DNA of 64,000 nt from a virus. Lineage: Duplodnaviria; Caudoviricetes. Where the stretch lies: the IMG/VR virus record IMGVR_UViG_3300031088_000758. One strand, 5' to 3'. A model generated the notes under the pieces. That model was given only the letters and a program-made list of their open reading frames with translations, was not told the origin of the DNA and did no database searches. The translations under genes were made by a program, and so were the position numbers. Within the stretch, counting starts at the first letter, position 1; each line of letters opens with the position of its first letter. Shown one piece after another: positions 40,707-50,237 of the stretch.

Positions 40707-40756
40707 AAAAATAAAATTATCTTACATAAAACTACTGTAAGATAATTTTATTTTTT
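40707..40756. terminator. Inverted repeat / terminator
   Basis: aaattatcttaca ... tgtaagataattt core with A/T flanks. Confidence 0.6.
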
Positions 40757-40844
40757 CTAAGTTAGAAATAAAAAGCGTAATAAGATATTATAAAAACGTG
40801 CCATGATTGAAAAATTCAATATGGTTAAATACAAGGAAAAACAA

Positions 40845-41639
40845 ATGAAAAAAATATTTTCTATAATTGCTCTTATCGTAACAAGTGTTATGTTAAGCTC
40901 TCTAGCAGCTCCTGCAATGGCAGCTCAGCCTTTATATACAGTAGCAAAGACTACTACTCAAACTGTTGTTAAAAGCAATACTTTGAACATGCGATCAGGT
41001 GCTAGCACTAAGCATAAAGTTGTAAAAAACCTTAAAAAGAACAATGTTGTTTCTAAAACTGGCAAAAAATCAGGAAAATGGGTTCAAATCAAAGTTAGCA
41101 AAACAACAGGATGGGTTCACTCTTCTTATTTAACTGCCAAGAAATCAACTAGTTATGCTCCTGCTAAGCCCCGAGTGGCGACAGCAAGTGAACAAAAAGC
41201 ATGGACAGCTAGCCTTCCTGCTGCCTGTAAAAAAGTTCAAATTAAAGAATTTATTCATGTTAACAAAAACAAGAATGGGGCTTCTTTTAAAGCAAGTGCC
41301 AAATACGATAGTAAAGGAAAGATGTACTTTACTTTAAGCATTGATGGTAATATGAAACCTACTGATGGTGCAGCTAAGGCACTTATGAAGCATGAGTGTG
41401 GACATGTTCTTATGGATATCTATTCAAAAGGCAAAGGAAAAACTAACTTCCAGAATACTCTTAGCAAAGGATGGGCATCTTCAAACAAAATGAGAGTTGA
41501 AAATGCAGCTGATTGTATTGCTGATCAGTTAGGTGCTGTTCGTCAAACCAAAAATTATAAAGTAGGGTACGGAACTAAATGTTCATCTGCTCAAAAGAAC
41601 GTAGCAAAGACAATCACTAATTACTCTAAGAATCGTTGA
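40845..41639 (+). CDS. Secreted protein: SH3b domain + HExxH zincin-like domain
   Basis: Signal peptide (AMA); LNMRSGAS...W...GWVHSSYL; HECGH...ENAADC. Confidence 0.85.
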   Translation: MKKIFSIIALIVTSVMLSSLAAPAMAAQPLYTVAKTTTQTVVKSNTLNMRSGASTKHKVVKNLKKNNVVSKTGKKSGKWVQIKVSKTTGWVHSSYLTAKKSTSYAPAKPRVATASEQKAWTASLPAACKKVQIKEFIHVNKNKNGASFKASAKYDSKGKMYFTLSIDGNMKPTDGAAKALMKHECGHVLMDIYSKGKGKTNFQNTLSKGWASSNKMRVENAADCIADQLGAVRQTKNYKVGYGTKCSSAQKNVAKTITNYSKNR

Positions 41640-41655
41640 TTTTAACTAAACATTA

Positions 41656-41700
41656 AAAGCTGGGGATAAAAGCTAAATAATAGCTTTTATCCCCAGCTTT
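41656..41700. terminator. Inverted repeat / terminator
   Basis: aaagctggggataaaagcta ... tagcttttatccccagcttt. Confidence 0.75.
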
Positions 41701-41771
41701 CTAGATATAATTAACTAATAACTGTGTTTGATAAGATTATACAAATAGAACCAATGGATACTGAGGTTAAG

Positions 41772-42842
41772 ATGATACGTTTTGAAGATTTACAGAATAA
41801 AATTAATGGTTTAGTGTACGGCTCAGCTTTAGGTGATGCATGGGGTTATAAAACAGAATTTCAAAAATTCGATAGTATTAAAAGAAATCCCGCTCCTATA
41901 CCCGAAGAATTAGTGGTTTCAGATGACACACAGATGAGCATTTACACTATAAAGGCAATTGAAGAATTGTTCAACCAATATAGCATTCATGAAATAGATA
42001 ATATTGCTTATAATGTAGAGCTTCAAAATTTTGCGAGAAAAACTTTTGCTAAACATTATTCTGAGTGGTATTCTGATCCTAGAAATAATCGAGCGCCAGG
42101 AACTACTTGTATTCAGTCATTGCAAAAATATATTAAAACTGAAATAAAGCTACGTGGAAATGAAGGTAGTTGGGGTAATAATAAAAAAGGGTGTGGCACA
42201 ATAATGCGTGCTCCATGGATAGGAGCTCTGCCTCTGAAAAGAGAAACTATTGCAGTGCTATCAATTCTCCAGTCAGAAACCACACATGCTCACCCTACAG
42301 CTGGTATCTCTTCTGCTGTAGCTTCATTAATGGTCAACGATTTATTCAATGAAACATATAATTTATTAGGAAATGACGAAGCCTTTAGAATTGCTTTTAA
42401 AATAGTAGAAGAAATTAAAAGAATAGAGATTCCTTTGGTTGAAAATTCTTTATTAGGCATTCAAGAAGTAGAGAACACTCTAATTGACAGCGTTAATAAA
42501 TGGGAGTTATTTTTCCATTCACAAGATGACTATGATATGAATGTTTATTTTGGTGAAGGGTGGATAGCGGAAGAGGCATTGGCTAACTCGATAGCATCTG
42601 TAAGTTTGTATTCACCTTCTTTTTTGAACAATTCTTTAAAAGGTGTTCAAAGATTAGTTTATACTAATGGAGATTCAGATAGTATAGCATCAATAGGTGG
42701 GGCTTTCTTAGGTGTTTACAATGGTTATAATTCTTTTGATTATCACATAAAAGAAGACATTGAAGAATACTACAAAAGTGAACTTAAATATGTATCAAAT
42801 TTTCTTATTGACACGATAAAAGATAATGTTGAAATATATTGA
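41772..42842 (+). CDS. ADP-ribosylglycohydrolase (DraG/ARH family)
   Basis: GSALGDAWG, SDDTQM, GCGTIMR, TTHAHP, GDSDSIASIGGA. Confidence 0.9.
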   Translation: MIRFEDLQNKINGLVYGSALGDAWGYKTEFQKFDSIKRNPAPIPEELVVSDDTQMSIYTIKAIEELFNQYSIHEIDNIAYNVELQNFARKTFAKHYSEWYSDPRNNRAPGTTCIQSLQKYIKTEIKLRGNEGSWGNNKKGCGTIMRAPWIGALPLKRETIAVLSILQSETTHAHPTAGISSAVASLMVNDLFNETYNLLGNDEAFRIAFKIVEEIKRIEIPLVENSLLGIQEVENTLIDSVNKWELFFHSQDDYDMNVYFGEGWIAEEALANSIASVSLYSPSFLNNSLKGVQRLVYTNGDSDSIASIGGAFLGVYNGYNSFDYHIKEDIEEYYKSELKYVSNFLIDTIKDNVEIY

Positions 42843-42959
42843 TTTTTATCATGGGTTATGTTTTTATTGTATAATTTTATTTTCTATTTAGATATAACAT
42901 AGAGTTGTTTAAGCAACTTTTCTTTCGTTAATAAAATAACAAAAAGGATTATATAACAT

Positions 42960-45014
42960 ATGAAAAGCATAAAAAAGAAAATTTATATTACAGCTGCTGT
43001 TCTTGCAGCTACAGCACCTGCTTTGATAGGTGTTCCAGCATTAGCTGATCCGATAACAAACTCTGATACGGTTGCCTCCTCAGGACAGGAGGCAACCGTA
43101 AAGCTTATTATTGCTAGTCTGAGTATTCGAGATATTCCAGATGCTTCCGGTGAAAGACTTGGTGTAATTTCCAGAAATACACCTGCTGTTGTTACAGGAA
43201 ACGTTGAAGGAAAATATACAGAAATATTTCATGAAGGTATTACTGGTTGGGTAGAAACACGTTTTGTGAAAGATTACGAAGGTGAAGCCCCTCAATTACC
43301 TCAACCTGAAGAACCTATTGAAGAAACTTCCGAAACAGTTCAAATTATTGCTAGTTTAAGCATTCGTGAAAAGGCTGACTCTACAAGTACTAGATTAGGT
43401 GTAGTTCCAAGATTGTCTATTGCTAAGACTACAGGAAAAACAGAAGGAAGCTATTCAGAGATTACTTATAATGGTATTACTGGTTGGGTAGAAACACGTT
43501 TTGTAAAAGATTACGAAGGTGAATTGCCTGAAGAGCCAACTACACCTGAACCTGAAACACCTGAACCTGAAACACCTGAAACTGGGACAAAAGAAACAGT
43601 TCAAATCATTGCTAGTTTAAGCATCCGTGAAAACGCTGATTCTACAAGCACTAGACTAGGTGTAGTTCCAAGGCTATCTATTGCTAAGACCACAGGTGAA
43701 GTTGAAGGAAAATATTCTAGAATCGTTTACGAAGATCTTACTGGTTGGGTAGAGACACGCTTCGTGAAAGACTATGAAGGTGAATTGCCTGAAGAGCCAA
43801 CAACTCCTACTCCTGAACCTGAGACACCTATTGAAGATACAACAGATGCCAGAAGAACAGTCACTGCTAGTATCAGTCTCTTCAAAACAGGTGAAGCAAA
43901 TGAAAGAATCGCTGGTGTAGTCAGAAACACTAATGTTACGGTTACAGGAAAAACTTATGGTAAGTATACCGAAGTTTCCGTTGATGGTCTTATTGGTTGG
44001 GTAGAATCAAGATTTGTTAAAGAATATGACGCTGAATTTGATGTAACACCTTCTGAAGACTTAAACCCTTCTGATAAGGGAAGTGTTGCTGAATTAGGAA
44101 AACAAGAAGTAAGAAGCCCTAATGCTTATTTCTACCAAAAAGCTGACGCTAAGAGTTTAGTTGTTGCTAAACTTCCTAAGTATTCTGTTGTTGAAGTTTT
44201 GGAAATTGATGGTCCATGGGCAAAGGCTAAACTTGAAAACGGAAAAGAAGGATATGTTGTTGTAACTCACTTAGGTGAATATGTTGCTGATACTTATTCC
44301 AAATGGAAACTATCAACTGATAGAATGATTCACATCTATGATACAAATGAATCAGGAAGAACAAAAATAACTTCTGAAACTGCGGGAAGACCAATTGAAG
44401 TTCTAGAAACTAAAGGTACTTGGACTAAGGTTAGAATTTATGACGGAACAAGCACTAGAATTACTGATGGAACTGTTGGTTGGACTCAAACTTCAAAATT
44501 AAAGAATTTCAATCCTAGTGAAGTTACATCAAATGCTTATTATCAGCCTGCAAGCGAAAGAGTTCAACGTCAATGGACTGATGCTCTTCCTAGTGTTTGT
44601 AAAGACACTACAATTGCTCAGGTAGATATAAAGAACACTGATAAAACTGGTGCTAGTTATATTTTCTCCACAAAAGTTGATAGTGAAGGCGGAAACTTCT
44701 TCATCATTACTATTGATGGAAATATTGATCCATTTAGTGAAACTGGTCAAGCAATCATGAAGCATGAATGTGGACATGTTCTTATGACTAAATACGATCA
44801 AGAACATGGACGCACTGCTTGGAGAGCTTTCTTAGACCGTGGATGGCCAAATCGTGAAGCAAGTAGAGTAGAAAACTTAGCAGATTGTATTGCTGATGAG
44901 TTAGGTGCTACTCGCGGTGGAGTTGGTTATGGTACAAGATGTACAGATGCTCAAAAACAATTGGCTAAAGAATTAGTTGATATGTATGCACCTGATGCAC
45001 GTGAAAATTCTTGA
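42960..45014 (+). CDS. Secreted protein: about 6 SH3b-like repeats with PETPE linkers + HExxH zincin-like domain
   Basis: Signal peptide (ALA); IIASLSIR...TGWVETRFVKDY repeated; HECGH...ENLADC. Confidence 0.85.
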   Translation: MKSIKKKIYITAAVLAATAPALIGVPALADPITNSDTVASSGQEATVKLIIASLSIRDIPDASGERLGVISRNTPAVVTGNVEGKYTEIFHEGITGWVETRFVKDYEGEAPQLPQPEEPIEETSETVQIIASLSIREKADSTSTRLGVVPRLSIAKTTGKTEGSYSEITYNGITGWVETRFVKDYEGELPEEPTTPEPETPEPETPETGTKETVQIIASLSIRENADSTSTRLGVVPRLSIAKTTGEVEGKYSRIVYEDLTGWVETRFVKDYEGELPEEPTTPTPEPETPIEDTTDARRTVTASISLFKTGEANERIAGVVRNTNVTVTGKTYGKYTEVSVDGLIGWVESRFVKEYDAEFDVTPSEDLNPSDKGSVAELGKQEVRSPNAYFYQKADAKSLVVAKLPKYSVVEVLEIDGPWAKAKLENGKEGYVVVTHLGEYVADTYSKWKLSTDRMIHIYDTNESGRTKITSETAGRPIEVLETKGTWTKVRIYDGTSTRITDGTVGWTQTSKLKNFNPSEVTSNAYYQPASERVQRQWTDALPSVCKDTTIAQVDIKNTDKTGASYIFSTKVDSEGGNFFIITIDGNIDPFSETGQAIMKHECGHVLMTKYDQEHGRTAWRAFLDRGWPNREASRVENLADCIADELGATRGGVGYGTRCTDAQKQLAKELVDMYAPDARENS

Positions 45015-45045
45015 AAATCATTTTAAAAAGATAAAACGATAACAA

Positions 45046-45095
45046 ACAACAAAAAGCACCAAAACTTTTAATTTAGTTTTGGTGCTTTTTGTTGT
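45046..45095. terminator. Bidirectional terminator
   Basis: acaacaaaaagcaccaaaact ... agttttggtgctttttgttgt. Confidence 0.75.
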
Positions 45096-45265
45096 CACTT
45101 AGCAGCGTTTAAACATCTGCGTCCCTTGCTAGCACATACACTCTTCTTTCGGCATCGCCATACCTTCTTGCCGGAGTAATTGTTCCGCTGCCACATGAAC
45201 TTCGCTCTACGAGTCCTGCGGCACCGAGTACAAGTATGAAGCATAGTATCCTTCTCGTCATTCAT
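45095..45265 (-). CDS. Small basic Cys-rich protein (56 aa); absent from the ORF track
   Basis: MNDEKDTMLHTCTRCRRTRRAKFMWQRNNYSGKKVWRCRKKSVCASKGRRCLNAAK; AGGAGG SD; upstream promoter and downstream terminator. Confidence 0.7.
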   Translation of the reverse strand: MNDEKDTMLHTCTRCRRTRRAKFMWQRNNYSGKKVWRCRKKSVCASKGRRCLNAAK

Positions 45266-45306
45266 AACAACATCCTCCTGGCCTTAAACTCTTGTGTAAT
45301 AATTTT

Positions 45307-45336
45307 ATTATATCATAAATACAATATTCTTGTCAA
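45307..45336 (-). promoter_or_regulatory. Sigma70-type promoter for the small Cys-rich ORF
   Basis: Minus strand TTGACA-18 bp-TATAAT with TG extension. Confidence 0.65.
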
Positions 45337-45594
45337 ATTCCTCAAAAAAGCCTCTTAACCTTAGTCAAAACGTAAAAATATTCTCTATAAAAAATCCTTA
45401 AAACACCTTAGAAAATATACCCCAAAAAGATTCCTATTTAACAACGCTTTTTGGGCTATATTTTTATATTTTTAGAAGCTTTTAACGAAAAACGTTTTTT
45501 AGGGTAAGAGGGGACCAAACTTAAGAAATAATTCGCCACAATGCTTTACATGGTTTTAGTTGCCACTCATCTTATTGTTTCACAAGGAATAATC

Positions 45595-46248
45595 TCATAT
45601 GAATTTGAGAGAACTTGAATCTTTTGATTTTGTATGAACATCACCGTTTTTAAAACCTATTGTTATATGTAAATTATGTTTAGGTAATTCGAGTCCTCTT
45701 CTGTATTCATCAATCTCTTTTGAATCAGCTGTAATGAACCATGCTTCCTTATCGTTGTCAGATACAGAACCAATTCCAGTTAAAGCAACACTGAAATCAG
45801 GTAGATCAATATTTTGACCTTTTTTCTTTAAACTTCTGGTTTCTTTAGGAGATAAAGCTGTAATGTGAAAATGATATCCTCCATCACGATTGATTTTAGC
45901 CTCTTCCATTTCTTGGGCTAAATCATTTCCAATTTCATTTCGCCACACTTTTAAATATTGCTGAATTGATTCTTCGGGAATACTTAACCCATAATAACTA
46001 CCACCCTTTTTAGCCTTAAGACGTGAAGATAGTGTAATTTGAGGAAGATTTACTTTTTTAGGAAAACCATTATTGCTCTTCTTATATAGAACTGTTTGTG
46101 AAAGATTCAACATTTTCTCTTCGTAAATTTTCTGTGCTTCTTGCACGTTGTCATAATGAGAATCGTTCGAATCTCTTGTGATAGGGCAATTTCCCTTTTT
46201 AGCTGAACATAGTTTAGGTCCATCTTCTGTTATATGATAATTATTCAT
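45595..46248 (-). CDS. HCCH-tag protein with 2H phosphoesterase domain
   Basis: N-terminus YHIT...C.A....C...HY; two HxT motifs (FHITA, LHITI). Confidence 0.8.
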   Translation of the reverse strand: MNNYHITEDGPKLCSAKKGNCPITRDSNDSHYDNVQEAQKIYEEKMLNLSQTVLYKKSNNGFPKKVNLPQITLSSRLKAKKGGSYYGLSIPEESIQQYLKVWRNEIGNDLAQEMEEAKINRDGGYHFHITALSPKETRSLKKKGQNIDLPDFSVALTGIGSVSDNDKEAWFITADSKEIDEYRRGLELPKHNLHITIGFKNGDVHTKSKDSSSLKFI

Positions 46249-46356
46249 AACTAGTATTCCTTAAGTCTTTATAAGCATATAGTAATATTATCTAATGAAT
46301 TGTTAATTTCACTAACATAAATTACCTAAAAAGTGGATAGTGTTTTTGTAAAAAGT

Positions 46357-47112
46357 TCAACAAGAATATAGTAATTCTTCAATTTTTAACATATTGGCTG
46401 AAATAGTTTCTTTACGTAAGGATTTATTTCCTTTCCATCTAATGGTAGGAATAACTGTTTTCCATTTTATTGATTTAACAGTATAGCCTTCATTAACAAG
46501 TATAGTGTTCATTCCGTCAATGTGTTTAGCACCCCAAAAAAGATATACATTGTTTTTAGTTTTCAAAGCCTTATCCAAAGCAACTTTATTTCTTCTATGT
46601 AAGATTATATCTTCGTTATCTATGCTCACATTACTAGAACCTACACTCATCAATACCATATTACTTAATGGTGAGGAACCAATATTAAGAACATGATTAT
46701 TCAATAACTTAGTTTTATTGTTTTGAGTAAATTTTTTCAAATTGTCTATCATTTCTTTGTTGAATATTTTATCTGTAATCTCAACATCTTCAATGTCGTA
46801 ATTAAAAATCTTCCTGTTATCACAAAGATTTTTGTTGATGTAAGTCTTTTGGTAGTCAAGGTTGAGGACAGAAGCAAAAGTTGAATAAATACTATCTAAT
46901 AGATGTTTATTGTGTAAATTTTCTTCTTTCGTGCTGATTATACCTTCTAGATGAACTTCACCATCAAATCCTTTGATTTTGTCTAAAATTTTTTCATAAA
47001 ATCTTCTGTCTCCGATATGAACTGCACCTTGAATAACTATTTCTTTATTTTTATTCTTGTATGTTATTTCAGGAACTTGGACACCAGATGGTCTCATTCT
47101 AATAAATTTCAT
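46357..47112 (-). CDS. TraB/GumN(Tiki)-like protein
   Basis: GAVHIG, LEG, RRN, FWGAKHIDG motifs. Confidence 0.5.
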   Translation of the reverse strand: MKFIRMRPSGVQVPEITYKNKNKEIVIQGAVHIGDRRFYEKILDKIKGFDGEVHLEGIISTKEENLHNKHLLDSIYSTFASVLNLDYQKTYINKNLCDNRKIFNYDIEDVEITDKIFNKEMIDNLKKFTQNNKTKLLNNHVLNIGSSPLSNMVLMSVGSSNVSIDNEDIILHRRNKVALDKALKTKNNVYLFWGAKHIDGMNTILVNEGYTVKSIKWKTVIPTIRWKGNKSLRKETISANMLKIEELLYSC

Positions 47113-47160
47113 GTAAAGCCTCTCAAATATTTAACGTATGCTAATTTTATCAATATATTG

Positions 47161-49128
47161 TTATTGTATTTGATGTTTTCTCGCAGCGTCATTTACTCTT
47201 CCTAAATGAAGAGCTTTTTGTCGTTCATCAGAAGTTGCTTTACTGATTAAAACTTTTTTATGAATAAATAAAGACTCTTGAAAAACCCTTAATGCGTTCA
47301 TCATCATCATTGTATCAGTTATAGCATTATGAGCACCTTCATAGGCAATTCCATTGTCCTCACTAAAAGTTTCAAGATTGTTTTTAGATGAAGCTGACAT
47401 CAGATTTGAACAGATTTGCATTGTATCTAAAATAATTAATTCATCATTGTCAAGAAGTTCCGCGAATCCCATTAGATTAACGATTAGCCAGTCCCTTTCG
47501 AACGAAGAATTGTGAGCAACCATCACACCTTTTTTCAGAGTTTCTAGAATTGTTTTTTGAATCGACAATTCATCAAAACTTGGTTTACCTTCTATGTCAC
47601 TTACATCAATTCTATGAACTGTTGAATCTCCAGCACCAATAGTCATTTTAGATAAAGCTGGTATGTCATGTAGAGTTGCTAAAACTGTTTCTTGTTTGCC
47701 GTTAGGGTATGAAACAACAATACCAGTTTCAATAATTCGCCCTTGCTTAGGTGACAATCCGTTTGTTTCTATGTCTATACCGATTAGAGGGGTGTTTCTT
47801 TGAAAAGGATCATGTTCAGCATATAAAGCAGTTAAAGTATCTTGAATAATAGGATGTTCTATTTTCTTACCATGTATTTCTTTAATCTTGTCAAATTTAG
47901 ATTTAACATTGACATAAGTTGTTTCAAAACTTTCGCCATTATAAGCTGAAAGTTTACGTGCTGATTCTTTCATGTTTAAAGTTCTAGGGAAGCCTTTTCT
48001 GGATTGTGATGGAGCAACAACATTTCTCAAACCTTTTTGCCTTACAGCAGCGCGAGTTTTAACAACATTTTCCCAAAAATCTTTAACTTGAGCTAACATC
48101 TGATTCCACTCATCAATGATACGAGGCTCTTTCATGTCTAAATGGTATTCACGATAAATAACATCATCTAAGACAGCCACAATAACTGCTTTATCTACAT
48201 CAGCGTTTTTTGCATACCATATTGCTTGCATCCGGTAGTTTGCCGGAACAGCATTAAAACTATCAGCAGGATCCCCCCATTCATCTGTAAGAGATCCCGT
48301 TTTTATTTCAATAATGCTTATAGGGTTGCCTTTTTCATCCAGTTCTAAACCATCAAATTGAGCACGCATAAAATCTAATTCATCTTCACCAATCCAACGA
48401 GAATCACATATAGCAATATTTTTATCTGGATTATTATCAGCATATTGACAAAGTATATACTCTTCCCAATTGTTTCCACGTTGAATAGCTTGGCTAGGTT
48501 CGCTGTATTCTTTCTCAATAACACCTATTTTAATATTGAATAAATCTTTGTAGTACTGCGTTGCATATTTAGGATGTGTTTTCATTATTTTTGAAACATC
48601 ACTACCACCAATTCCACCAAGTTTATACTCTGTCCATTCCTCATCATTTTTAGGCTTTTTGTCGTTAATAACAAAATTACCAATACGTTCTGAATAGTAT
48701 TTTTGAATTGACGGAATACCTTCTACTTTTGAAGTATTTCTTAAATAAGAAAGGCAAGAAACAGCTCTTGCGGTTATCTCACGATAATCATCTAATTTTT
48801 TATGGATTAATAATGATTTTTCGTAAATATTGCGGTACTTTAAAGAATGTTCTCTTACATCAACATAGCAAGTTTTCTTTTTTCCGTCTGAGTGGGCAAT
48901 ATTGCCTTTTGCTATGTTGATGTTCTTATCAATTTTAGCAAGCTCTTCTTTAAGTAAGTAGGAATGTTCTAATACGGAAAGAAATATTTCATTAGATAGT
49001 CTTTCATTGATCAATTTCTCTAATTTGCAATAATCTTTTTCGGATAACATTTTATTTATTGATCTTATGATATGAGATTTTTTAGTAGTATCTTCTATTT
49101 CAAAGTTTTCATTGATTTCAATAAGCAT
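47161..49128 (-). CDS. Fusion of a YqaJ/lambda-exonuclease-like domain and a DEDDh 3'-5' exonuclease
   Basis: GIGGSD, RGNNWE, FDGL, IEIKT, QAIWY; then DIET, AHNSSFE, LDT, HNAITD. Confidence 0.85.
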   Translation of the reverse strand: MLIEINENFEIEDTTKKSHIIRSINKMLSEKDYCKLEKLINERLSNEIFLSVLEHSYLLKEELAKIDKNINIAKGNIAHSDGKKKTCYVDVREHSLKYRNIYEKSLLIHKKLDDYREITARAVSCLSYLRNTSKVEGIPSIQKYYSERIGNFVINDKKPKNDEEWTEYKLGGIGGSDVSKIMKTHPKYATQYYKDLFNIKIGVIEKEYSEPSQAIQRGNNWEEYILCQYADNNPDKNIAICDSRWIGEDELDFMRAQFDGLELDEKGNPISIIEIKTGSLTDEWGDPADSFNAVPANYRMQAIWYAKNADVDKAVIVAVLDDVIYREYHLDMKEPRIIDEWNQMLAQVKDFWENVVKTRAAVRQKGLRNVVAPSQSRKGFPRTLNMKESARKLSAYNGESFETTYVNVKSKFDKIKEIHGKKIEHPIIQDTLTALYAEHDPFQRNTPLIGIDIETNGLSPKQGRIIETGIVVSYPNGKQETVLATLHDIPALSKMTIGAGDSTVHRIDVSDIEGKPSFDELSIQKTILETLKKGVMVAHNSSFERDWLIVNLMGFAELLDNDELIILDTMQICSNLMSASSKNNLETFSEDNGIAYEGAHNAITDTMMMMNALRVFQESLFIHKKVLISKATSDERQKALHLGRVNDAARKHQIQ

Positions 49129-49190
49129 TATTCACCTTGAGCTTTTTATTGATTTTTATCGAATATCAAAAGAATCTTTGAATATTTAGG

Positions 49191-50207
49191 TTATTCGTTT
49201 AGTGATTTGTTTTCATCTACTATTTTGTCAACTATCTCTATATATGCTTTCACATCGTTGTAAAAATCTTTTTGTTCGTTTTTAGTAAGATTAGCAAAAG
49301 TTTTCGCACTTTCCCCACGATTTTTCTTCAACCGATGAATAGCTGAGTATATTTCTTTTTGTGCGCTGTAAACATCACCAATTTTATAAGCATTTTTCTC
49401 GTAAATTTTTTCCATGTCATTCACAAAGTCTTTGTTAAGCTTTTGAGAAGCATGTTCTCTTATATCTTGTTTGATTTTTTCAGATAAAATATTTTTTCGC
49501 CATATTAAACCTTTAAATGCGCGTTTTGGTTCTAATAAATGGTTTAATTCAGAAGCTACATATTCATCTGCAACATTTTCAATAATTGAACGATTACTCA
49601 TCTTTTTGGAAGATATCATGGCTTCTGCAGGCATGATAATTTCCCATGTACCTTTTTCAGGTTTATTCTCTTTTGACCATTCATTCCAATCCGATAAAAT
49701 CATTCCACTGTTCCAAAACTTTTCAGCTGCTTCTTTGAATTTTTCGCTTTCAGCACCATATAAATTTTGAATAGATGATGCTTTCTCATAATCTTCAACA
49801 TTGTAAACATATACAGAATTAGCATCAATAGTTATCTCATGACTATCTAAAGCACCTTCATGTTTGTTCCACTGGTTGCCTCTCACCCACCTAGCATGAG
49901 AATTCAAGTCAGGACTAGCAAATATACCTTTGTATCTGCCTTGTCTTCCCTCCGGTTTAAATTTATCCATATCTTGAAGAATGCTTTCTAAACTTTCAAA
50001 ATATGTTTCAGGTGGAGTTAATGTTCCCACACGATAAACTTTCATTTTCTTCACAGGTTTAATCGTTTTTGTTGACATGCTATTTTCGTAATGTTTTTCA
50101 GCTTCTTCTTTGCTGTCAAAATGAGGAGATTGTTCACCAAAAGGGCAATTGCCATTGGACGCTGAACATTGCTTAGCATTTCCATCTTCGTTTATATGAA
50201 ATCTCAT
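49191..50207 (-). CDS. HCCH-tag protein; possible ADP-ribosyltransferase-like domain
   Basis: FHIN...C.A....CP...HF tag; VYR...IFAS...WEII could be an R-S-E triad (tentative). Confidence 0.55.
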   Translation of the reverse strand: MRFHINEDGNAKQCSASNGNCPFGEQSPHFDSKEEAEKHYENSMSTKTIKPVKKMKVYRVGTLTPPETYFESLESILQDMDKFKPEGRQGRYKGIFASPDLNSHARWVRGNQWNKHEGALDSHEITIDANSVYVYNVEDYEKASSIQNLYGAESEKFKEAAEKFWNSGMILSDWNEWSKENKPEKGTWEIIMPAEAMISSKKMSNRSIIENVADEYVASELNHLLEPKRAFKGLIWRKNILSEKIKQDIREHASQKLNKDFVNDMEKIYEKNAYKIGDVYSAQKEIYSAIHRLKKNRGESAKTFANLTKNEQKDFYNDVKAYIEIVDKIVDENKSLNE

Positions 50208-50237
50208 TGTTGTTCATCCTTGTGAATTATGTTTGTA

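Noticed and set aside
43330-43830. Repeats as a CRISPR array or DGR template/variable pair
   Set aside because: They are in-frame SH3 and PETPE coding repeats; there is no spacer structure, and no cas or reverse transcriptase gene in the window.
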